Shown here: one piece after another, positions 9,832 through 18,573 of the stretch
Layout: the number at the start of each line of letters is the position of its first letter
Numbering within the stretch: position 1 is the first letter of the stretch
Source of the DNA: Ginkgo biloba
Lineage: Eukaryota > Plantae > Ginkgophyta
Assembly: GCA_024626585.2 (NCBI GenBank)
Contig: JANKJI020000003.1
Span: 20,833-39,405 of the forward strand
Direction of reading: 5' to 3'
DNA: 18,573 nucleotides
Notes under the pieces: generated by a model
Told to the model about the DNA's origin: nothing
The model's input: the letters and a program-made list of their open reading frames with translations, nothing else
Databases searched by the model: none
Made by a program: the position numbers and the translations under genes

Positions 9832-12456
9832 TTCCCCTTGTGACTTTGTTCACCTTATCCTTGTCACCTTTTTATCACATCCACACTTCTCCATGCCATC
9901 CCTCTATTGTTGGATTATGATGATGGCTCATTTGGATAGGAGTGCATGTCAGGTGGTGGGTTGTTCAAGAATATGCCCAGTTGTGCACTCTCTTCCAAAC
10001 TTATAGAAATTCAATCCTTGTTTGTTGTTATTTTTGGCACCAATTCTCCTTATGACTTTGTTCACCTTATCCCTGTCATCGTTTTAGCACATCCGCACTT
10101 TTCTCTATGCCCTCCCTCTGTTGTTTGATTATGACTGTGGCTCATTTGGATGGGAGGGAATGCCAGGCAGTGTTCTATTCTAGAATATGCCCAGTTATGT
10201 GCTCTCTTCCAAGATTATAGCCATTTGATCCATATTTGTTGATAGTTTTGGCACCGATTCTCCTTGTGACTTTATTCACCTTATCCTCTTTGCCTTTTTA
10301 TCACATCCACACTTTTCTCTATGCCTTCCCTCTATTTTCAGATTATGATAGTGGCTCATTTGGATGGGAGTGTATGTCAAATGGTGGGATATTCGAGAAT
10401 ATGCTGGTTGTGCACTCTCTTCCAAGATTATAGCCATTCGATCCTTCTTTGTTGCTAGTTTCACCACTCATTCTCCTTGTGACTTTGTTCGCCTTGTCTT
10501 CATTGCCTTTTTATCACATCCACATTTTTCTTTGTGTCCTCCCTCTATTGTTATATTATGACCGTGGCTCATTTATATGGGAGTGTATGCCAGCGGTGGG
10601 CTATTCAAGAATATGCCTAGTTGTGCTCTTTCTTCCAATCTTGTACCCATTCAATCCTTGTTTGTTGCTAGTTTTGTCATCGATTCTCCTTGTGCCTTTG
10701 TTCACCTTGTCCTCATCACCTTTTTAGCACATCCACACTTTTCTCTTTTTCCTCTATCTATTGACGAATTATGATGGTGGCTCATTTTGATTGGAGTGCA
10801 TGCTAGGTAGTGGGATATTCGAGAATATGCTTAGTTATGCACTCTCTTCTAAACTTGTAGTCGTTACATCCTTGTTTATTATTATTTTCAATACTGGTTC
10901 TCCTTGTCACTTTGTTCATCTTGTCCNNNNNNNNNNNNNNNNNNNNNNNNNNNNNNNNNNNNNNNNNNNNNNNNNNNNNNNNNNNNNNNNNNNNNNNNNN
11001 NNNNNNNNNNNNNNNNNNNNNNNNNNNNNNNNNNNNNNNNNNNNNNNNNNNNNNNNNNNNNNNNNNNNNNNNNNNNNNNNNNNNNNNNNNNNNNNNNNNN
11101 NNNNNNNNNNNNNNNNNNNNNNNNNNNNNNNNNNNNNNNNNNNNNNNNNNNNNNNNNNNNNNNNNNNNNNNNNNNNNNNNNNNNNNNNNNNNNNNNNNNN
11201 NNNNNNNNNNNNNNNNNNNNNNNNNNNNNNNNNNNNNNNNNNNNNNNNNNNNNNNNNNNNNNNNNNNNNNNNNNNNNNNNNNNNNNNNNNNNNNNNNNNN
11301 NNNNNNNNNNNNNNNNNNNNNNNNNNNNNNNNNNNNNNNNNNNNNNNNNNNNNNNNNNNNNNNNNNNNNNNNNNNNNNNNNNNNNNNNNNNCCCTCCCTC
11401 TGGTGTCAAATTGTGACAATGGCTTATTTGGATGGGTGTGCATGCCAGGTGGTGGGCTATTCAAGAATATGCCTAGTTGTGCGATCTCCTCCAACCTTAT
11501 CACCATTCAATCCCTATTTGTTTCTAGTTTCAACACTGGTTATCCTTGTGAATTTATTCTCCTTGTCCTCATTGCCTTTTTAGCACATCTAAACTTTTCT
11601 CTATGTCCTCCTTCTATTGTTGAATTATGATAGTTGTGTGCTCTCTATTAGTTTTGTGACCAATTTTTCTTGTGTGACTTTGTTCACTTTGTGCTTGTCC
11701 CTCTTTTTAGCACATCCACATTTTTTTCCATGCTCTCCCTCTATTTGTTGGATTGTGATAGTGGCTCATTTGGATGGGAGTGCATTATGGGAAGGGGGCT
11801 ATTCAATAATATGCCTAGTTTCGCACTCTCTTCCAAGCTTATAGACATTCAATCTATGTTTGTTGCTAGTTTTATCACTAGTTTTTCTTATGAAACTTTG
11901 TTCCCCTTTTCCTCGTCTATATTTTAGCATGTCCACACTCTTTTTTTTCACTCCCTTAGTTCATCAAATTGTGAGGGAAACTCATTTGGATGTGGGTGCA
12001 TGATGGGAGGTGGGCTATTTAAGAATATACATAGTTGTGCGCTCTCTTCTAAGCTTGTCCATGTTTGATCCTTATTTGTTGCTAGTTTTGGCATCATTTT
12101 TTCTTGTGACTTTGTTTGCCTTGTCCCCATCCCATTCTTAGAACATCGACACTCTATTTCTTACTCTCCCTCTATTTGTTAGATTATGATAGTGGCTCAT
12201 TTAGATGGGAATGCCTGCCGTGTGGTTGGGCTATTCAAGAATATGCCTAGTTGTGTGCTCTCTTCCAAGCTTGTAGACATTTGGATCCTTGTTTGTTTTG
12301 GCATCAATTTTCCTCGTGAATTTGTTGTTTCATCCGCCCCTTTTCTCTCTCTTTTCATTGACAAGTTACAATGGCTCATTTGGACGGCAACGTATATTAG
12401 GAGGTGGGTTATTCAAGAATATGGCCAAATTTATACCTTATTTTAGGAGTGTAGTG
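9832..12456 (-). repeat. 214-bp tandem repeat array 3 (inverted relative to array 1), with complete terminus
   Basis: Landmarks at 9988, 10202, 10415, 10628 and 10842, then 11484 across the gap (642 = 3x214). The short unit is at ~11630-11650, then landmarks at 11826, 12042 and 12258 (216 spacing). A truncated last unit ends ...GGAGTGTAGTG at 12456. Confidence 0.97.
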
Positions 12457-12557
12457 CNNNNNNNNNNNNNNNNNNNNNNNNNNNNNNNNNNNNNNNNNNN
12501 NNNNNNNNNNNNNNNNNNNNNNNNNNNNNNNNNNNNNNNNNNNNNNNNNNNNNNNNN

Positions 12558-12694
12558 CCACGCCGATGAGCAATGTCCAAGTTGTATGGTCGATCAATGT
12601 CGATAGGGAGTATCTAGCAAATGTCTCTATAAATAAATTCAAACTCTAGCCTTAGTCGTTATGCGCACATGGGATGATCGTTTAGATGTTACAT
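12558..12694 (+). other. rDNA ITS2, 3' part, degenerate
   Basis: Directly precedes the 26S 5' end and aligns to the reverse complement of ~17890-18030 (shared TGTCCAAGT, TGGTCGATCAATGTCGAT.GGGAGTAT, GCACATGGGATGA), which lies between 5.8S and 26S. Confidence 0.85.
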
Positions 12695-15047
12695 GTGACT
12701 ATAGTTCAGGTAAGAACACCCGATAATTTTAATCATATCACTATGCAGAGGAAAAGAAACTTACAAGGATTCTCCTAGTAACGGTGAGCAAATCGAGAAG
12801 AGCCCAACATGAAAATTGGGATGTCACATTGTCCAAATTATAGTCTATAGAAGCATCCTCAGGGGAAAATTGGGCCTAAGTCCCCTAGAAGGGAGAACTC
12901 AAGAGGGTAAGATCCCTATCAGTCCCAGACTCTGTTGCACCATGAGTTATGAGTGAGTTGGGTTGTTTGGGAATGCAACCCTAATTAGGTGGTAAATTAT
13001 GTCCAAGGCTAAATATGACCAAGAGATCGATAGCGAATAAGTACCATAAGGGAAACATGAAAAGGAATTTAAAAAGAGAGTTAAAGAGTGATTAAAATTT
13101 CTAGGAGGGAATCATATGGAGGCCAGTGGTATAGCTCAGTCGAATGAAGAATAATGAGAGTCATTCTGCCACTTGACTTAGGGAACTGACTAACACGGGT
13201 GAGTGTGATGGTACAAGTGTGAGAAAGAGACCACCCATCATTTTGCCATTGTGTGGGATGGGGAATAAAGTGTGCACCCTCATGGAGGACCCTTGGGCAC
13301 CTGCGTGCTTATGGAATTGGTCTATGGGCCTTTAATCCAACCCATCTTGAAAGATTGACCAAGAAGTATAACATGTGTTCGAGTCGATGGGTTGGAAAAC
13401 CCATGAGGTGTAGGGAAGTTGACTTGCAAGATCCCCCTCTCATGGGGATGCACTATCGGTCACCCCCAATCTTTTGTTAAGGGTTTAAGTGTGAACATAC
13501 CTATTGGGATCTAAAATATGGTGAACTATGCTTGAGTAGGGCGAAGCTAGAGGAAACTTTGGTGGAGGACTACAATGATATTAACATGCAAATCATTCGT
13601 CTGACTTGGGTATAGGGGCAAAAGTCTAATCAAACCGTCTAGTAGTTGGTTTCCCTAAGGATATCTGGAGCTCATGTGTGATTTTTATTGAGTAAATCAA
13701 ATAATTAGAGGCATCGAGGGTGTAACTCCCTTGACCTATTCTCAAACTTTAAGTAGGTAAGACGACATGACTGCTACAGTGATTCATGCCACATAATCAC
13801 AAGCTCCAAGTGGGCCATTTTTGGTAAGCAAAATTGGTGATGTAGGATGAGCCAAAAGTTGAGTTATGNNNNNNNNNNNNNNNNNNNNNNNNNNNNNNNN
13901 NNNNNNNNNNNNNNNNNNNATGGTCATAGAAGTTAGAATATGTTAAGGAGTGTGTAAAAACTCACCTATCAAATCAACTAGACCCAAAAATGGATGGTGT
14001 TAAAGCATGCAACCTGTACTCATCCATCAGGGAAAGTTTTAGGCTCCAATGAGTAGGAGGGTATGAGGGTCATTGAGAAACCTTGGGCATGAGCCTAGCT
14101 AACTGGCCCTTAGTGTAGATCTTGCTGGTAGTAGCAAATACTCAAATGAGAACTTTAAAGATTGAAGTGAGGAAAGGTTCCATGTGAACATCACTTGGAC
14201 ATGGTTTAGTTGATGCTAAGAGATGTGGAAGCCCTATTTCAAGGGTGCACTACACATGAACATCAAAAGGGAATCAAGTTAATATTTTTGAACTGAGATG
14301 TGGTAGAATACAGTAACGTTAGAAAATCCAGAGACGTTAGTGGGGGCACTGGGAAGAGTTATCTTTTCTTTTTAACAACCTGCCCACCCTAAAATTAGTT
14401 CAATTAGAGATAGAGTCCAGTGGCTGGAAGAGCACTACACATCCCACAGTGTCTAGTGCACCCTTGGTGACCCTTGAAAATTTAGAGGATCGAGTATCCT
14501 TCACACTCAATTGTACTCATAACCACATCACATCTCCAAGTTGAACAACCTCTAGTTAATAGAACAATGTAGGTAAGGGAAGTCGACAAAATACATCTGT
14601 AGCTTTGGAAAAAGGACTTTCTTTAAGCACTAGGCCTAGGGGTCTGTTCCCTAAACCTGTGGGTTGTCAATGGTATTCCTGAGCTGCCACCATGGTGAGG
14701 GAGGGACATTGCGTGTCAACCGGGCAATGAACATAGAATGCCCCTTCGCGAGGGATTTTCCTAAGCGGTGAATAATCAACTCAAAAATGGTATAGACAAG
14801 GGGAATCTGACTGTTTACTTATAATAAATCATTGTGATGGTCCCTATGGATGCTGATGTAATGTGATTTCTACCCAGTGCTTTGAATGTCAAAGTGAAGA
14901 AATTCAACCAAGCGCGGGTAAACAATGGGAGTAACTATGACTCTCTAAGGTAGCCAAATGCCTAACCATCTAATTAGTGACATGCATGAATGGATTAATA
15001 AGATTCCTACTATCCCTATATACTATCTAATGAAACCATAGCCAAGG
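12695..15047 (+). rRNA. 26S (25S/28S) rRNA pseudogene, 5' ~2.35 kb, 3'-truncated
   Basis: Colinear LSU landmarks: GAGGAAAAGAAACTTACAAGGATT (~12750), GGGTTGTTTGGGAATGCA (~12960), ATGGTGAACTATGC (~13520), CCAAGTGGGCCATTTTTGGTAAGCA (~13806), GGTAGTAGCAAATA.TCAAATGAGAACTTT (~14127), GAATGTCAAAGTGAAGAAATTCAACCAAGCGCGGGTAAAC (~14884) and AAGGTAGCCAAATGCCT (~14947). Pervasive C>T/G>A changes and small deletions in invariant positions show it is non-functional. Homology ends after AGCCAAGG. Confidence 0.97.
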
Positions 15048-15869
15048 TTGATCCATATTTTCAGTGGGTGAGTCAGAATCTCCCAATGTAATCAACTACA
15101 GANNNNNNNNNNNNNNNNNNNNNNNNNNNNNNNNNNNNNNNNNNNNNNNNNNNNNNNNNNNNNNNNNNNNNNNNNNNNNNNNNNNNNNNNNNNNNNNNNN
15201 NNAGTCACTACAGAGAACATTGCCATTTAGTTGTTTATACAAACTCTCAAAGATGAAGTATTGTTGCGGTTTAACTCTTTGCCTATAAATTGCATCATAA
15301 ATTGGGCTAAGATAACTTCCTAATTCAATGACAAGTATATTAATCCTATTAAACTTGAGACCTAGAGACTACATATGCTCAGTAATGAGATGACTTCTTT
15401 AATATGACAAGTAGGAGATAATAAGAGGCCAACTTTCTAGCCAAATCAAAATCAAATTCATACCCAATGGAAGTAATTAGTTCCTTGAAAAATTATTCCC
15501 TCTAAAAATGATGATATATGATATTATAGATTATGATAAGAATATAGTCCTAAATAAAAGTTCCCCAATTTCCTCAGATTAAATGAATTTACTATCTAAT
15601 TAGTTGAAACAGTTGAACCAAGAACTTTAAGAGCCAATACAATGTATGTAGCTAGTTGGAGCCAATCCAAATTGGTGAATCTTGAAGGTGGGAAAGAGGA
15701 TTTTATGATAGGATAAATGTTGGTTCAAACTATAAGTAATACCCAACAAGCTCAAGATAAAAGTATAGCGCAAGGACAAACTTCTACTTTTGGATCTCAG
15801 ATGGACAAGTAGAATATGTCATTTTAAGAGAGGGAATATCAATTTAAAAGATTTGAAAATACTCCATTA

Positions 15870-16830
15870 ATGGAGTATAACATAGTAAATGATCTTGCCA
15901 AGTACCTCACTAGCATGGAATTACTAGACACTCTTAAAATCCCATCTCAAATGAAAAATTTGAAAGGATCCTTAGCTGGAAATACTACTACCCTGATCGC
16001 TATGCTAATGAGAGATCAATCTCTATGGGTACCACATAACCTCCTATTATATATTTCTCTTAGAATACATGATTATGTACTCTAAAATTTCATGATATAT
16101 ATAGGATATTCTCATAATATAATGGTTCATAGTTTCGTAAAGAGATTGGGTTTGGAATGTACCCAAACCTTTTAGTCCTTTATGGAAATGGATTCTTGGT
16201 CGATGAAGACAATTGGAGAAATTAAATATTTGTGTGTGTGAATTAATTCAATTCCTCAACTCATTGTAATTATGAGCATAATTATCATTAAGCTACCTAA
16301 ATATTATGTAATTCTTCTAGGTAGAGATTGGATAGCTTCTCTAAGAGGACTTATGAGCATGGATGGGAACTTCATGATGATTCCTCATCAACATGAGTTG
16401 TTGTGATTTGAAAGATAATTTAGACACTGAATTCATATCAAAGGTGTAGATGAGACCATGAAAGAGGTGTGGTTTAATGAAACTAGTCCTGATATGTATG
16501 TAATGTTGACAACATTGGAACCAAAAGAAGCAGTGCCATAATTTCCAATCCTTGAAACAAATGCAATGTTGACGTTGTAATTTTATGGATCCAAATATAG
16601 ATCGAGTGTGGGTGATGGAATTATTATCAAAGATCCCATAGGAAATATTTATCCATTATCATATTGACTCTAGTTCAAATGCATAAATTATATAGCCTAG
16701 TACTAAGAATTAGTACTCGAGTTATGACAGGCTCTAGATCTTGAAGTAAAAAATATGGTGGTATATGGAGATTTAGACTTGATTGTTAATCATTTTTGTG
16801 ACATTTTTTCTATCAAGAATGATAAATAAA
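15870..16830 (+). mobile_element. Degenerate Ty3/gypsy Tat-type retrotransposon fragment: gag C-terminus, aspartic protease, additional (archaeal-type) RNase H
   Basis: One reading frame with many stops. It reads YNIVNDLAK...LLDTLKIP, then YISLRIHDYVL*NFMIYIGYSHNIM (decayed D-T/S-G-A-S-H-N active site, ~16098), then IGEIK...YVILLGRDW (~16330). It continues LTL*FYGSK...GDGIIIKDP...L*FKCINYIA*Y*ELV...QALDL...VYGDLDLIVN (~16570-16790), matching the WxLxFDGS...GxG...CTNNxAEYEAL...VYGDSxLVVNQ RNase HI pattern. Gag-derived sequence may extend further upstream. Confidence 0.85.
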
Positions 16831-17276
16831 TATTTATGAATTATTTCTCTACGTCCATCACTTCCTCTCTATTTTCTCTTATAACATACTCTATTTTCTA
16901 GTTATGATTGTATATGTTCCACAAGGGTGTGACTGGTTGACTAAAATTTGGTGCTTATTCATTCTACAATAAACCAATAATCTTTACTTTCTCTAATTTA
17001 ATAAATCGAGTATAACCTCCTTCGAGATAAAATGATTATCTTTCCATAGGGAAGGGATCTATATTTCCAAAGCTATTTTCTCAAATAAGGATTTAACTTC
17101 AAACATATTATTCTTTATAAACAACATGCGGTTGGATATTTCTTTAGTGGCATATATTTTTATGATAAAAGAGGATNNNNNNNNNNNNNNNNNNNNNNNN
17201 NNNNNNNNNNNNNNNNNNNNNNNNNNNNNNNNNNNNNNNNNNNNNNNNNNNNNNNNNNNNNNNNNNNNNNNNNNNN

Positions 17277-17889
17277 ATACCATGAGTGTGTAGGTTCTCG
17301 AGGGCTCACCATGAGTTCATGCACTTCATTCCATAGCCCATGCATTGGAAAAATTATAGGCGGTCTTCTACCCATGCTTATGCCACCCTGTTGACCCATG
17401 CTAGTCACTACCCTGAGTCAAGCAATAGACTGATTATTGTCATTCTACATCCGACTTGGTTGTACCGCTAGCCTTCATCTGCTTCCCTCTCAATAATTTC
17501 AAGCACTCTTTCACTCTCTTTTCAAACTCCTTTTCATCTTTCCATAGCGGTAATTATTTGTTATTAGTCTCTCACTCGCATTTAGCCTTGGATGAAATTT
17601 ACCATCTAATTAGGGTTACATTCCTAAATAAGCCAACTCACCTACAATGCCTCATGGTGTAACAGGGTTTGAGACCAATGAAGCTCTCACCCCTTCTAGA
17701 GGACTTGATCCTAATATTCCATTGAGGGAACTTCTATAGACTATAATTTGGGTAACACGACTACTCGATTTTCATATTGGGCTCTTCTTGGTTTGTTCGT
17801 CATTATTAGGGAAATCCTTGTAAATTTCTTTTCCTTCACTTAGTGATATGATTAAACTCAACAGGTGTTCTCACCTAACTTGGGGTTGT
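17277..17889 (-). rRNA. 26S rRNA pseudogene fragment, 5' ~610 bp (second copy)
   Basis: The reverse complement starts ACAACCCCAAGTTAGGTGAGAACACCTGTTGAGTTTAATCATATCACTAAGTGAAGGAAAAGAAATTTACAAGGATT and contains GGTAAATTTCATCCAAGGCTAAAT and GGAAAGATGAAAAGGAGTTTGAAAAGAGAGTGAAAGAGTGCTTGAAATT. It is colinear with 12695-~13315 and cut by a 100-N gap. Confidence 0.95.
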
Positions 17890-18131
17890 GTATATAATCT
17901 AAATGGTCATCCCATGTGCATAGAGGGGCTAAGGATAGATTTTAAATTTATTCATAGAGATGCTCACTAAATACTCCCCATCGACATTGATCGACCATGT
18001 ATCGTGCGACTTGGACACTGCTTGTTAGCATGGAGAGATGATGACCACATGATTTTCAGTCAATCGCACCACAGGGACACAGACGACCACCTCCGCACCC
18101 CCACCCTCAAGGGGCAGTGGGCGATTGGTTG
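17890..18131 (-). other. rDNA ITS2 (complete, about 240 bp), degenerate
   Basis: Bounded by the 5.8S 3' end and the 26S 5' end, and homologous to 12558-12694. Confidence 0.88.
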
Positions 18132-18167
18132 TGCGACACCCAAGCAAACATGTCCTCAGTCGAGGCC
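18132..18167 (-). rRNA. 5.8S rRNA 3'-terminal fragment, degenerate
   Basis: The reverse complement GGCCTCGACTGAGGACATGTTTGCTTGGGTGTCGCA corresponds to the plant 5.8S end GGCCTCGGCCGAGGGCACGTCTGC(C/T)TGGGCGTC(G/A)C. It sits at the expected distance from 26S, and unrelated AT-rich DNA follows from ~18170. Confidence 0.85.
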
Positions 18168-18573
18168 ATTCATTTCTATAAAAAAAAATTGTAATTTAAA
18201 AAAAAACATTTTTATTGAAACTCCACTTAATAAGAGTACAAAATAAATTTTAAAAAAATACCTCTTAATGTCATTGTGTATAATTGAATACAATAAAAAT
18301 ACCCTTTATATATCACTCCTCTTTTAAAAATCTTTTAACAAACACAAAAATTCATGTTCTAAAATTATAATGTGCTATTAGCAAATATAAGACAAACACA
18401 ATTTAACTACTCTCGAACAACAAATGCATCATGAAAACTTTGTTGAACTTTCATAAATTTTTTCCTAAATATGTGAAAAAATGAAGGTGATCAGAGGTCA
18501 CGGAGATTAAAAGTTAAGAAGGTTATGAGATGATGCTTACAAAGTCCCTATAACTCCTAGAATATGAGAGCGC

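Noticed and set aside
12393-12404. TATATTAGGAGG as a plant Pol I initiation site (TATA(G)TAGGGG-like)
   Set aside because: It is the decayed equivalent of CATG(C/T)(C/T)GGG(C/T)GG in ordinary monomers and is not conserved in the homologous end at ~1760-1771.
2712-12446. Family of similar 60-85 aa Cys-rich ORFs (e.g. MLDCDGGSFGWECMSSGGIFENMP...) as a tandem peptide gene cluster
   Set aside because: They are translations of the 214-bp monomer. The period is not a multiple of 3, starts and stops vary, and the strand is A-poor so stop codons are naturally rare. Variation looks like methylation decay rather than codon-position bias (dN/dS not computed).
7432-12456. CRISPR-like or cassette array
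   Set aside because: The entire monomer is repeated with no unique spacers, the context is eukaryotic, and there are no cas or integrase genes.
13253-13480. 75-aa ORF, and likewise the ORFs at 17160-17408, 17456-17662 and 18004-18246
   Set aside because: They lie wholly or largely within 26S/ITS2/5.8S-derived sequence.
16835-17176. Possible second, reverse-strand gag-pol fragment
   Set aside because: There is only a vague resemblance to a protease C-terminal region, with no catalytic motif recognisable by eye. BLASTX is needed.
1-18167. A single functional rDNA operon
   Set aside because: The fragments are truncated, in inconsistent order and orientation, and mutated at invariant positions.
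18170-18573. AT-rich tail as a LINE poly(A) end or Helitron remnant
   Set aside because: A-runs are present, but no diagnostic terminus, TSD or coding similarity is visible.

Overview
This is eukaryotic, plant-like (probably gymnosperm) repetitive DNA with no credible intact protein-coding gene. Eleven N-gaps break the window, and six are exactly 100 N (1772, 5112, 9732, 12458, 15103, 17177), which typically marks unsized joins, so order and orientation across them are uncertain. It contains four main things. (i) Heavily decayed nuclear rDNA relics: an 18S fragment (1-144, -), ITS2 plus ~2.35 kb of 26S (12558-15047, +), and a second 5.8S-end/ITS2/26S-5' copy (17277-18167, -). (ii) Three long arrays of a 214-bp tandem repeat in both orientations that share the same terminal architecture, plus a fourth array end next to a related ~273-bp tandem repeat. 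(iii) A block with flanking ~100-bp direct repeats, a ~320-bp fold-back and a 15-16-bp minisatellite. (iv) A dead Ty3/gypsy Tat-type gag-protease-aRH fragment, plus weaker LTR-retrotransposon remnants. The many similar 60-85 aa ORFs are translations of the 214-bp repeat. The best candidate for something undescribed is the structured 273/214-bp repeat macro-unit found among rDNA relics, either as rDNA intergenic-spacer subrepeats or as the repeat-laden end of a CACTA-like element. I see no evidence for a novel protein-coding system.
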